Below are positions 17,670-27,382 of a DNA stretch of 55,419 bases, one piece after another. The position numbers were made by a program, and so were the translations under genes. This stretch comes from an uncultured Myxococcales bacterium (GTDB lineage: Bacteria; Myxococcota_A; Polyangia; Fen-1088), in contig CAZBIU010000002.1 of NCBI GenBank assembly GCA_964491625.1, positions 1 through 55,419 of the forward strand. The letters run 5' to 3'. The notes under the pieces were generated by a model. It was not told where the DNA came from, did no database searches, and was given only the letters and a program-made list of their open reading frames with translations. Each line of letters begins with the position of its first letter. The first letter of the stretch is position 1.

Positions 17670-19049
17670 CTAGATCGGCGTGATGCTGGTGATGCAAACA
17701 TTGCTGAAGGCGCCGACCTTGTCGGTCGCTGCCGAGCCGCCCGGGATCTGGACTTTGAGGGAGTAGGCCGCGTTGCCCGAAACGACTGCGCACTTGGTGC
17801 CGGTCGCCCAGGCCGGGCAGGTTGCGTCGCTAAACAGGACTGAGTAGGTACCCAGGCCCGCCACTTCCTTGTAGGGCGCCGTTCCTCCCGTGGGATCGGT
17901 GGCGGCGCTGCCGTACATAATGCGGATCACCTGGCCCGTGGCCACCGTCCCGGTGATGGTGATCTTGAAGCCCTTCGCGGCACCCGCATAAGCACTCTTG
18001 GTGGCCGAGGTGCCGGCGCTCGAATTCAAATCGAGAACAAGCCCGCATCCCCACTTGGCGCTCGTGCTGTCGATGACCGTCGTGCCCGAGATGCAGCATC
18101 CCGCCGTTCCCGAGGCGCACGCGCTGGCCGTGATGGGCGAGGGCGAGGTGCAAGTGGAACCGTCGCTGTACGCGGAGAGCGAACCTTGAATGCCGCAGCT
18201 TGGCGGAGTGCTGGGGATCCAATTGTTGTCCGTGCCGGTTCGCAGGGTCATCAGGTCTGTCGTGCAAGTGGCGGCGGTCCCGATGACGGTACTGCCGCCC
18301 GAGCCGCCCGACGGCTTGGCCCCAGTTCCACCTGAGCCGACAATGCCCCCGGTGCTCACGCTGCCGCCCGACCCTGTGCTTCCTCCTGCACCAGCTTTCC
18401 CGCCAGCTCCGGTGCTGCCGCCGGTCCCCGCAACGCCCCTGCCACTGAGGGACACGGCAGCGCCGTTGACGGTCAGACTGCCGCTGGCCAACCCCTGAGC
18501 AGCCGGGGCGAACTGCACGCTGATGGTGCAAGTTCCAACCGGTTGCAGCGCGGCGCAGGTATCTGCGGAAATGGCGAAGCCAATCCCCGACACTGCCGCA
18601 TTGATGGCAACCGCCGTGCCCGATACGGTCACGGTGACTGCTTGAGCCGCGCTTACCGCACCGACGTCAATCGTGCTGAAATCTAACGTTGTGGGATTTA
18701 CCGCTACCAGGCCCGCGGAGACGTCAGCACCCGACGAATCCGGCCGCCCCACCGTGCCTCCATTGGAGCTCAGCCCCCCCGATCCAACGCCGCCCGCAAC
18801 GGGTCCGTCGCCAGTCGTCGTTCCCCCAGACCCACCCTTCGCCATGGGTGCGTCTATCGTATCTGTTCCCCGCGGGCCGTCCGACCGGATTGGGCCGCTC
18901 GTGTCGGCATTCCCAAGCGAAGCGCCATCGATCCTAGTAGCAGAGCCGTCGAGGCCCTCTACCGGAGGGCCGGCCAACTGACTCGCGTCGTAGGAGCACG
19001 CGACCGCGCTCGCAAAAACAAGGATCCAGAGCCTCGACGGTAACATCAT
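17670..19049 (-). CDS. secreted protein with Ig-like (choice-of-anchor-D-like) segment and Cys-rich beta-sandwich C-terminal domain
   Basis: Start at ATGATG 19044-19049 (MMLPSRLWILVFASAVAC), 2 nt after the upstream stop. 'LVAVNPTTLDFSTIDVGAVSAAQAVTVTVSG...CTISVQFAP' is the Ig-like segment. The longer 644-aa ORF N-terminus is shadow. Confidence 0.6.
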   Translation of the reverse strand: MMLPSRLWILVFASAVACSYDASQLAGPPVEGLDGSATRIDGASLGNADTSGPIRSDGPRGTDTIDAPMAKGGSGGTTTGDGPVAGGVGSGGLSSNGGTVGRPDSSGADVSAGLVAVNPTTLDFSTIDVGAVSAAQAVTVTVSGTAVAINAAVSGIGFAISADTCAALQPVGTCTISVQFAPAAQGLASGSLTVNGAAVSLSGRGVAGTGGSTGAGGKAGAGGSTGSGGSVSTGGIVGSGGTGAKPSGGSGGSTVIGTAATCTTDLMTLRTGTDNNWIPSTPPSCGIQGSLSAYSDGSTCTSPSPITASACASGTAGCCISGTTVIDSTSAKWGCGLVLDLNSSAGTSATKSAYAGAAKGFKITITGTVATGQVIRIMYGSAATDPTGGTAPYKEVAGLGTYSVLFSDATCPAWATGTKCAVVSGNAAYSLKVQIPGGSAATDKVGAFSNVCITSITPI

Positions 19050-19051
19050 CG

Positions 19052-20032
19052 TTAGTACCTCACACTCGCGACGAGGCCGTTCATCTCCCCGGCCATGGGC
19101 GACACAGTTACGCCGTGTCGTTCGACAAAGAAGAGAGCGCCCGTGGTCACGACGGCAGCGGCACTGAGGCCCCAGAACACGTTTGCGACGTCTTTGCGTG
19201 TGTCCAGGGAACTGATGTCGCCTGAGCTGCAGCCCGTCCAATGAGTACCCGCGGCCTTGCCACATGTGTTTCTGAGATCGTCGTACTTCGATTGCATCAA
19301 CGAGCCTGCGATTGCACCAGCGGTGACGAACACCACCGTTGAACCCGCAGCCACCCAAGTCCATTTGCGCCCCAGCCACCAGCCCTTGCTCTCGGCTGAC
19401 GAGGTCGTCGGTCTCGCGGCTTGTAGGGCGGCTGCTGGTGCTCTCGATGAGCTCGGCACTCGCCCTACTGCGGACGCCAGGGGGATGCTGCGAGGTCGAA
19501 TCGCGAGAGGCTCGATCGTCCCCGGGGCGACGCTCACCGTCTGCACGACAGGGATAATCGAGGGATGGGTCGCCGTAACCTGATGGCTCCCGCCGCTCAC
19601 CCAAATGAAGTCCGCAAGGGGTGTCTTCCCGATCTTCCTCCCATCGACTGTAATCTCGACGCCGTCGATGCTGCAGTCGATGAGCATCTTCCCGATCTTG
19701 GGTGCGAGCTCATTCACGGACCGCTTCGCTTCCGATACCAATTCGGGAGAGGCGTCGGTAGCCTCAAAGAGAAACCGCTCGAAGGACTCGACAGCCTCGA
19801 CATCCCGCCCCAGCTCGCGGTTGGCTTGGCCGATGTTGAACAATAGTTTTGGGCTTGGAAACACCTCGTAGGCCTGCCGGAACTTCTCAAGAGCCTCAGC
19901 GAAAGCTCCTTGCTGGTAGTGCTGTGCCCCGTCCTTCAACAGGACTTGCGCCTTCGCCTTCGGTCCTGGGTCCGCGGGTGGTGTGCTCGTTTGTGCCAAC
20001 AGCAACGCCGACACGAGCAGGGCTGCGTTCAT
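19052..20032 (-). CDS. TPR + PEGA domain protein with C-terminal TM segment
   Basis: Signal-like N-terminus, TPR 'GAFAEALEKFRQAYEVFPSPKLLFNIGQANRELG', PEGA 'IDGVEITVDGRKIGKTPLADFIWVSGGSHQVTA' and TM 'WVAAGSTVVFVTAGAIAGSL'. Confidence 0.75.
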   Translation of the reverse strand: MNAALLVSALLLAQTSTPPADPGPKAKAQVLLKDGAQHYQQGAFAEALEKFRQAYEVFPSPKLLFNIGQANRELGRDVEAVESFERFLFEATDASPELVSEAKRSVNELAPKIGKMLIDCSIDGVEITVDGRKIGKTPLADFIWVSGGSHQVTATHPSIIPVVQTVSVAPGTIEPLAIRPRSIPLASAVGRVPSSSRAPAAALQAARPTTSSAESKGWWLGRKWTWVAAGSTVVFVTAGAIAGSLMQSKYDDLRNTCGKAAGTHWTGCSSGDISSLDTRKDVANVFWGLSAAAVVTTGALFFVERHGVTVSPMAGEMNGLVASVRY

Positions 20033-20034
20033 GG

Positions 20035-21666
20035 TCAGAGCTCCTCTATGATCTGTCGTGACGGCCGAGCCTTGGTCGGCTTGCGCTCAGCGGGTCTCCT
20101 GCTTACACGATCTGCCTCGAACGGATCTGCGAACGGCGATGGTTTGCCAGTTTCGCGGAACGATTCGGCGGGTCTGGTGGTTGAGCGCTCCGGCTCGAAC
20201 GGATTGGCATATGCCGACGGTTTCTCGCGCCCTCGCGGAGAGTCGGCTGGCTTGCGTTCCCCAGCGCCTGGAGACTTCGCGGTGGCAGCCTCTTTCATCA
20301 GGCCTTCCAACGCCGTGCCCTTGCTTGGCGTCGTCCTGGCTGGGCGCGCAGGATCGCTTTCCGGGGGAAGAGCCGAAGTTGGAGGTGCCGTCGGAAGTGG
20401 GGGCAAGGCGAGCACCTCTGGCGATTTGGGCAGCGCAGGTAGTGTCGTGGGCAGGCTGGCCGATGTCTGCGGCTTGCGCGGCCAGAATACCAGCACCCCT
20501 ACGAGCAGCAAGACTAGCGCAGTGCCAAGGATGGCGTAGGCTCGATTGCGCCCTCGCGAGCGTAGCTCCTCTGCAAAGTCGTCAGCGACGTCAGAATCGT
20601 TGGCGAGACTTTCTGCGTGAAACGCTGCGCCTCGGCGTGCGCTTGTGGCGGCGTTGGGGGCCGCAACCACGGATTTTGCAGAAGGAAGAGCATTCGAGTA
20701 CGCCAGGGTCCCCTTCGTCGCAGCCATCCGAGGGGTCATAATCGGTGGTGGAGTCACTTCGCGAGGGAGCCCCGTGGCAGCAGCCTGCAAAGCGCGAGAG
20801 AAGTCTTTGATCGATGGGTATCGGTCCGCTGCTCGCTTAGCCAAGGCACGACGAAGCGCCGGCTCAACCGCGGGAGGCAAACCAGGCGCTCGCCGCGATA
20901 GAGGGTGCGGATCCATCTTGATGACCTGGTAGAAGAGCGCAGCCATATCATCGGCAATGAATGGCGCATAGCCAGACAGCATCTCCCAGGCGATACAACC
21001 GAGCGCCCACTGATCGGTCCGATCATCGATCTCCTCGATAAGACCGGTGGCCTGCTCGGGAGACATGTACTCGGGTGTTCCTATCACCGCGGTCGCGCGG
21101 GTGAGCTTGGTTCGAGACGCTTTGATCTTTGATATGCCGAAATCGAGCACCTTCACGAAATCCGCCTCGCCTCGGACCTTGACGAGGAAGACGTTTCCCG
21201 GCTTGAGATCGCGGTGCACGATCCCCTCCTCGTGGGCGGCTGCGAGGGCCGAGGCGACCTGCTTGGTGATTTCGACCACGATATCCAGGGGCAGACGCCC
21301 CACACGCCGAATGCGATGGTCGAGGTCCTCTCCGTCCAGATACTCCATGACCAGGTAGGGCTCCCCGGTGTCCATGGCGCCGAAATCGATTACGCTAACC
21401 AAGTGGGGGTGACCAAGCTGCGACGTGACCTCGGCCTCGCGGCGAAAGCGCGCCAGCGCTTCCGAATTCGCAGCCAACTCTCGGGACATCACCTTGACGG
21501 CGACGCGTTTGTTCAGCCGGAGTTGACGGGCCTCGTACACCCAACCCATACCGCCCTCGCCAATCAGTCGCGTGACTTGATAGGCACCACCTAGCGCAGT
21601 CCCGGAAAGGGCGCCCAGCTGGGTTTCAGGCGACACTCCAGACGCCTCCCAGGCTGGTGGATCCAT
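20035..21666 (-). CDS. Hanks-type Ser/Thr protein kinase with TM segment and Pro-rich C-terminal tail
   Basis: 'IGEGGMGWVYEA', 'VAVKVM', 'HRDLKPGNVFL', 'DFGISK' and 'GTPEYMSPEQ'. TM 'AILGTALVLLLVGVLVFW'. The stop is 2 nt before the next ATG. Confidence 0.9.
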   Translation of the reverse strand: MDPPAWEASGVSPETQLGALSGTALGGAYQVTRLIGEGGMGWVYEARQLRLNKRVAVKVMSRELAANSEALARFRREAEVTSQLGHPHLVSVIDFGAMDTGEPYLVMEYLDGEDLDHRIRRVGRLPLDIVVEITKQVASALAAAHEEGIVHRDLKPGNVFLVKVRGEADFVKVLDFGISKIKASRTKLTRATAVIGTPEYMSPEQATGLIEEIDDRTDQWALGCIAWEMLSGYAPFIADDMAALFYQVIKMDPHPLSRRAPGLPPAVEPALRRALAKRAADRYPSIKDFSRALQAAATGLPREVTPPPIMTPRMAATKGTLAYSNALPSAKSVVAAPNAATSARRGAAFHAESLANDSDVADDFAEELRSRGRNRAYAILGTALVLLLVGVLVFWPRKPQTSASLPTTLPALPKSPEVLALPPLPTAPPTSALPPESDPARPARTTPSKGTALEGLMKEAATAKSPGAGERKPADSPRGREKPSAYANPFEPERSTTRPAESFRETGKPSPFADPFEADRVSRRPAERKPTKARPSRQIIEEL

Positions 21667-21941
21667 TGGCCGAGTCAGCCAGGACTGCTCTCGTTAGACG
21701 CCCAAGCACACGATGCAACATGACAGCACGGCGATAGTATCGCCTTTCGGGCTGGCTCGATAGGCTACACTCGCAAGGAGTGGCCCGTAAGCTTTCAAGC
21801 GGTGTAGCCGCCTTGCTTGGCCAATGCTCCAATGCGCCAGTGACATAAGTCTTGTTGGCAACCGCATCGGTATCCGGCCGTGGAGAGCTGGCTCTCGCTG
21901 CGTCCCAACGACAAGCGGCCCCGTGCCGCACTCTTCCGGCG

Positions 21942-22427
21942 TTACTTTACGGCCTTGATCGGAAGCGCGGCCGACTCGCACTTGAGCGTGGTCGGACGCT
22001 TGTCGCTCGGGAACGTGTAGACGATCATCCGCGTGCGAGCCTCTCCTGGATTGAAGGACTCGGCTCGGTCGGCGGCCGTGTTCAGTTCCGGCATGTGTTT
22101 GTCGATGACCGAAGGTCGGCGGGCCTCGCCCGGACCCTCCAGGAAGCACTTCTCATACTCGAAGGTTTGTTCTTGCGGGCCGTCGTTTCGCACGGTCACA
22201 AGCGCCCAGACGAGCTTCTGGCCGTCCCCGGCTTCCACCAAGACCCCGCCCTCGCCCACATACTCGTCGGGACCTTCCTTGGCCTGCTCAAGGGTCACCG
22301 CCCAGCCATCTCCGCTCTTCGACACCGGGGTGCTCGACAAAACCGTGGAACCACACGCGGAAATCCCGCCAAGCGACATGCCCAACAACATGATCGAGGT
22401 GATAGAGCGCATGGATCGCATCTGCAT
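21942..22427 (-). CDS. lipoprotein, function unknown
   Basis: 'SIMLLGMSLGGISACG' lipobox followed by a ~135-aa beta-rich domain. Confidence 0.6.
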   Translation of the reverse strand: MQMRSMRSITSIMLLGMSLGGISACGSTVLSSTPVSKSGDGWAVTLEQAKEGPDEYVGEGGVLVEAGDGQKLVWALVTVRNDGPQEQTFEYEKCFLEGPGEARRPSVIDKHMPELNTAADRAESFNPGEARTRMIVYTFPSDKRPTTLKCESAALPIKAVK

Positions 22428-22512
22428 TCCTCCAGGTTTCCGCAGCGGCCTTGTGTTTTCTTCTAGGCCAACGCGCGATGAAACACAAGCTCCGCCGGAC
22501 GATATCGGGATG

Positions 22513-22602
22513 ACCTCGGATGGCTACGCCGACACAGCCACCCAGGACCCCTTCTGTGGCACCACGACCTGCACAGTATCGATCTTGTATGACCAGTCCG
22601 GG
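22513..22602 (+). pseudogene. 30-codon relic of a second GH54 arabinofuranosidase gene
   Basis: 'TSDGYADTATQDPFCGTTTCTVSILYDQSG' aligns with 'LSNGFANAADQDNFCGTDACTISIIYDQSG' of the intact gene at 10278 (19/30 identical by hand). No similarity on either side. Confidence 0.5.
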
Positions 22603-22763
22603 AGTCGGACGCCACCGACCTCGCGGTCATGAAGAACCTCAAGGCCGTGGGGTACACGAAGTAGAGCGAGGCTTCGGCGACCGGGCAAGGCCCGCTGCCG
22701 GGAAAACCGGCGATGGATCCTGCCCGCGTGCGTTCCCCAGCCGGTCCTGAGGGCAAGCCCCGC

Positions 22764-25700
22764 TTACTCTTGCGTCTTGATTTGCATGTGGCTCATGCGG
22801 CGCTTGGGCTGCGGATCCGGCTCGCTCGGCTGGTTCAGGTTGACCTGCAGGCCAAGGGCCGCTCGCACCGCGAAGTGATCTTCGCTGACGAAGTAGCTGA
22901 GCAAATCGTAGATTCGCTCGGGCACCGGCACTGGGCTTTGTCCCGTCGGTTCCAGCGAGAGAACCCGCGCTGCCGCACCGATATCACCGCAGATGGCGAG
23001 GGCCGCGCGCGATGCCGTCAGATCGGAAGCGATCATCCACTTGCCAGCGTCGATGGCGCCGCCGGATGACTCGACGTACTTCTTGGCCAGCACTTTCAGC
23101 TCGGTTCGCAGCGAGGCGCCGAGCAGCCCGTCGAGCTGCTTGGCCAGCTTCGCGACCTCAGCGCGGTGCTCGCCCGGATCGACCGGAGCGCCGCCCAGTT
23201 GCAGCCCGGCCCGAATCGCCGTGTCCAGCGCGGACTCGGTGCCCATGGAGATGCGCGCGAAGCGCTCGGGTCGCAGGTGCACCATGCGCTTGGCCAAATC
23301 GAACACGACCTGGCTTTGCGACGACAATTGATCGAACCCAAGCCCGATGATGAAGGCTGGCACGGCCGCGGACTTGTCTTTCACGTTCACCAAGGTCACG
23401 GTCCCCGGCGCTTCGGGCTTGAGGTACACCTCGGGCAGCGGCGTCTCGATAGTGTTCGCTACGTAGCGCAGAGCTCCGGCGTAGGACCAGGCGTTGCCGG
23501 ACACGTCCACGCGCGTGTTCTTGTCCAGCCCGAACGATTTGTAGGGCTCGCCTGCTATCGAGGCCAGGGCAGGGGAGAGCAGCGCCAGCAGCGCACCGAG
23601 ATGCTGGTTCTCGTCGGGGTGGACGATCCGACGCCACAGCTCCTGGGCCAGCTTCCCTGGCGACGTTGCAGTCTGCGTGGGCCGCAGGTTCTCGTACAGC
23701 GTGCGCAGCGGCGGGTCGGCCTTACCGAGGCAGGTCATGGCGCCGGCCACGCACCACATCTTGTCGTGGGCACCGGCCTGGAAGAACAGCGCGGCCAGCG
23801 CCTTGTACGAATCGATGCGGTCGGGTTTCTGCACCAGCAGGCGCTGGTGCTGCGCGATGGCTTTGTCGGCCGCGGACGGCCCCATGCTGAAATAGAGATT
23901 CGCGAGCCGCTCTTGCCTTGCGACGTCGTCGCGATCGAAGGAGGCCGCTTCCTCCATCGCCTCGGCCGCAGCATCCTTGTCGCGCGACTTCAGTGACAGG
24001 TCGGCCAGCGCATCCAAGAGGCGCAGCTTGAGCTGGGGCGACGCGTCCTCGGGCAGGCGCTTCAATTGCTTGCGGTACGCCCGATCGAGGTCCTTCCATT
24101 CCTTGGCCTCGCCGAGGAGCTTCTCGACGGCCTCGAAAGCTTTGGGGTACATCGGGCTGTCGTCGAGCACGCGGGAGAACAGCTCCACCGCCTTGGCGGC
24201 ATCCTTCATTTCGTCGCGGTAGATGGCGGCCATGGCGTAGCTCAGCTTGGCCCGGCCGGCGGGATCGTCCTCCAGCCCGGCCAGCTTCTGTAGCGTCTCG
24301 ACCGCGGGCGACCATTGCTTCTGCTGGGTGTAGTAATCGAGGGTCTTGTAAAGCGTCTGCCGGCGCGCGGGCTGGGCGGCGAGGGCTTCGCGGTAGGCCT
24401 GCATGGCCGCCGGCCAGTCGGAGAGCTGCTCCTGCTCGACATCGCCGATTTCGTCGAAGATGCGTGCCTTGTCGTCATCCGCAGTGACGAGCGCAAGCAT
24501 CTGCTGCTTGAGCGCGACGACCTCCTTCCACTCTTCGCGGGCGGCGCGCAGATCGATCAAGGTTTCCAGGGTGCTGCGCTTGTTCGGCTCCAGCGCCAAG
24601 GCGTCGCCGTAGTAGCGAATGGCCGCGTCGATCTGGTCCAGATGCACCGAGCACGCGCCCAACCTTTCGCACAGGAAGGCGCGCTCCTCGGCCGGCGTCT
24701 TTTCGTCGAGCAAGCCGCGGGCGCGCTCATACTCGTCGCGCGCCTCGGCCCAAGCCTGCCGTTCAAACAGGACGTCCGCATACTCCCGCGCAAGGGGCGC
24801 CGACTGGGGTTCGACCTTGCTCGCGGCCGCGAGCGCTGTCGCGAGCTTGTCCGGCTTGCCGAGGTTGCGCGCGAGGCGGACCTGGCGCAGGTATAGGTCG
24901 CGCTTGCCGCCGGCGCCGTCGTCGGGCGTCTTGCGCAGAAGCAGGTCGAGCAAGGGCTCGGCCGCGGCCCAATCCTCGGCCTTTTCCCGCAGCGCCAGCA
25001 GCCGTCCCGCCGCCGTGGTCTGTTCCGGATCGGAGGCGAGGGCGCGCTCGAAATATTCGATAGCCTTGCCCTGGTCGGACAGATGGTCGAGGTAGACGCT
25101 GCCGGCCTCGGCAAACAGCCGGCCCAGCTCGAGCGGATTCTGCGTGCGAAGGGCGGCGTCGAGGATGAACTTGGCCGCGCGCAGGTGATCCCCCTTGTCG
25201 CGCGCGAGATCCGAGAGCGCCAACAACGCGTCGGCGTTGCCCGGATCGCGATCCAGACATTTGGCGTAGATCTCCTCGGCGGTGCCGGGATCGCGCGCGG
25301 CCAGACCCTTGGCCACCACCAGCGCCGCGTCGAAATCCTTCAGCTTGTCGATGAAGATCGAAGCGCGTTCCATGCGCATGGTGCGCGCACCGGCCGGCTC
25401 TCGCCGCTCGGCCCGACGCTCAAGCAGGTCGGCCAAGGGCCGCCATTGCTCGCTCTTGCGGTAGAGATCCTCGACCTTGTTCAGCGCATCGACGCTGTCG
25501 GGATTCTTGACCAGCTCGCGTTCGAGCAGCATGCCGAGCGGCTGCCACTGCTGGGTCTTGTGGTACAGCGCTTCGAGCTTCTCGCGTAGGTCCCGGTCAT
25601 CCGGGTCCTTCTCTATCCGGCGCTCGTACATGGTCGCCAGCGGCTGCCAGCGCTGATTCTCCTCGTACAGGGTCTCGAGCCGGGCGCGCGCTCCCGCATC

Positions 25701-27197
25701 GTCGGGATTTCTGGCCAGGCGCGCCTGCAGAAGCTCGATGAGCTCGGGCGTCTTCTGGGTGCGCTGGTAGACGTCTTCAAGACTCGATTCCACGTGCGGG
25801 TTGCCCGGATTTCGTTCCAGAAGCTTTTGATAGAGGGCACCCAGAGCATCCCAGCGGTCGGCCTTGCGCAGAAGCGATTCGACATTGGCGAGCGCCTCCG
25901 CGTTCTTGGGATCGCGGTCGAGCAGCTTCTGATACGCGGCGATGGCCTCGTCTTGCCTTTCCGGATCGTCGCCCAGCATGCGCGCGACGCCCAGGCTCAT
26001 CGCACCGAGGTTGGCCGAATCGCCGGCCTCGCGCTCGATCTGGCGCAGCTCGTCCAGGAATTCCTTCGCCTGCCCCGCCTTGTCCGCGGCTTGCTTGGCA
26101 TCGCTGAGCAAGGAAGCGTCGTGGGGAGTCAGGTGAAGAGCCATGAGCAGGACCGGGTAGGCCCGGTCGGGCGCGGACAGGTCCTTTTCCAGCACGCGGC
26201 CCGCCTCGTACAGGTCGGCCGCCTGATCCTCGGGGTCGGGCTCGACCTCGGCCCGGCTGATGAGGGCGCCGACCACGCGCTCCCATTCCTTGTCCTCGCG
26301 CAGCTTGGCCAATCCCTGCTCGACCATGCCCTCTGCTTCCTTGTCCTCGGGGTCGGAGGTCAGGATCCCAAGCCAGGCCTCGACGTCATCCGCCGACGGC
26401 TTGTTGCTGGCCAGCGCGCAGCCCTCGGCAAGGGCCTTGAGCGCGTCCTCTAGCGTGCCCTCGACGGACACGGGCGTAAGCCCGAACTCGGCCTGCACCC
26501 GACGGGCTACGGCCGAAGGCAGATCGGGCGCCACGAAGAAGTGCTGCACCGTCGACGTGCTGGCGCCCAGGATCCGGCCGGCCAACAAGGCCAAATCCGG
26601 ATCGTCGGGCGAGAAGCCGGCAAACACCAGCGACCACTTCTGGTAAAGCCCGTCGAGAAACTTGGCTGCGCCTGTGGCCACGATCTTGGGCGCGATGTCA
26701 GAAGGCGCCAGACACAGCGATGCCGGCACGTCCGGTCGACCGAAGGGCTGAAGCAGAAAGCGCCCGCGGCCATTTTCCAGCGCGGCTGCGCTGGCGGCGA
26801 ATACCATGCGTCCGGCCATGTCCGGGCTGGCCGCGAGGGCGGTCGTCCAAATCGAATCGAGACCGGTCGTGATGATGCCGCGCCACGGCGCTTGGGCGAG
26901 CGCTTGCACGGCCTCCGGGGCTTGCCCGCGCGCGGGAAGAAGTCCCTGCAGCGCTTCCGCCAGCTCGGTCTCGGGCAAGGTGGAGCGCAGCATAGCCAGC
27001 GCGGCTGAAAGTTGGCGCGCCTCCGCCAGGTCGAGAATCGCCCGCTTCTCCGACTCGTCCTGTACGCGCTCCGCCAGGGCCGAAACCAGTGCGCGCCAGC
27101 CGGGAAGGACTGCAAGCTCCGAGCACCCCAGACCTGCGACCAAGACCGCCTGGCGATTCTTGAGCCGTTCGAGAAGTGCTGAAGACAGTTGGTGCAT
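22764..27197 (-). CDS. 1477-aa protein: degenerate SIR2-like (SIR2_2-type) N-terminal domain, ~900 aa of TPRs, unknown ~400-aa C-terminal domain
   Basis: N-terminal 'AVLVAGLGCSELAVLPGWRALV', 'GIITTGLDSIW', 'LLQPFGRPD' and 'SLVFAGFSPDDPDLALL' follow the SIR2_2 layout. Many 34-aa TPR units ('...ALANVESLLRKADRWDALGALYQKLLERNP...'). Confidence 0.85.
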   Translation of the reverse strand: MHQLSSALLERLKNRQAVLVAGLGCSELAVLPGWRALVSALAERVQDESEKRAILDLAEARQLSAALAMLRSTLPETELAEALQGLLPARGQAPEAVQALAQAPWRGIITTGLDSIWTTALAASPDMAGRMVFAASAAALENGRGRFLLQPFGRPDVPASLCLAPSDIAPKIVATGAAKFLDGLYQKWSLVFAGFSPDDPDLALLAGRILGASTSTVQHFFVAPDLPSAVARRVQAEFGLTPVSVEGTLEDALKALAEGCALASNKPSADDVEAWLGILTSDPEDKEAEGMVEQGLAKLREDKEWERVVGALISRAEVEPDPEDQAADLYEAGRVLEKDLSAPDRAYPVLLMALHLTPHDASLLSDAKQAADKAGQAKEFLDELRQIEREAGDSANLGAMSLGVARMLGDDPERQDEAIAAYQKLLDRDPKNAEALANVESLLRKADRWDALGALYQKLLERNPGNPHVESSLEDVYQRTQKTPELIELLQARLARNPDDAGARARLETLYEENQRWQPLATMYERRIEKDPDDRDLREKLEALYHKTQQWQPLGMLLERELVKNPDSVDALNKVEDLYRKSEQWRPLADLLERRAERREPAGARTMRMERASIFIDKLKDFDAALVVAKGLAARDPGTAEEIYAKCLDRDPGNADALLALSDLARDKGDHLRAAKFILDAALRTQNPLELGRLFAEAGSVYLDHLSDQGKAIEYFERALASDPEQTTAAGRLLALREKAEDWAAAEPLLDLLLRKTPDDGAGGKRDLYLRQVRLARNLGKPDKLATALAAASKVEPQSAPLAREYADVLFERQAWAEARDEYERARGLLDEKTPAEERAFLCERLGACSVHLDQIDAAIRYYGDALALEPNKRSTLETLIDLRAAREEWKEVVALKQQMLALVTADDDKARIFDEIGDVEQEQLSDWPAAMQAYREALAAQPARRQTLYKTLDYYTQQKQWSPAVETLQKLAGLEDDPAGRAKLSYAMAAIYRDEMKDAAKAVELFSRVLDDSPMYPKAFEAVEKLLGEAKEWKDLDRAYRKQLKRLPEDASPQLKLRLLDALADLSLKSRDKDAAAEAMEEAASFDRDDVARQERLANLYFSMGPSAADKAIAQHQRLLVQKPDRIDSYKALAALFFQAGAHDKMWCVAGAMTCLGKADPPLRTLYENLRPTQTATSPGKLAQELWRRIVHPDENQHLGALLALLSPALASIAGEPYKSFGLDKNTRVDVSGNAWSYAGALRYVANTIETPLPEVYLKPEAPGTVTLVNVKDKSAAVPAFIIGLGFDQLSSQSQVVFDLAKRMVHLRPERFARISMGTESALDTAIRAGLQLGGAPVDPGEHRAEVAKLAKQLDGLLGASLRTELKVLAKKYVESSGGAIDAGKWMIASDLTASRAALAICGDIGAAARVLSLEPTGQSPVPVPERIYDLLSYFVSEDHFAVRAALGLQVNLNQPSEPDPQPKRRMSHMQIKTQE

Positions 27198-27382
27198 GCG
27201 GTTTCCCTTCCTTCGTTGGCTAAGTAAGGGCCAGGAATCTATCTGATTGTTGACTCAGGGTACACCTAGCCCCGTGTGATATAGCCTGGCTGGGAAAAAG
27301 CAAGCCACCGCGGTGCCCATTGGCCCATGGCGCCATAACGGAGACTTCGCCAACCGAAGCCCACCCGCGGTACCATGGGTTG

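Noticed and set aside
22764-27197. Active SIR2 NADase anti-phage defence gene (DSR-like)
   Set aside because: The motif positions of the catalytic Asn and His appear substituted (TTGLD, PFG). No partner defence genes or mobile-element context are present. It is kept only as a degenerate SIR2-like scaffold hypothesis.
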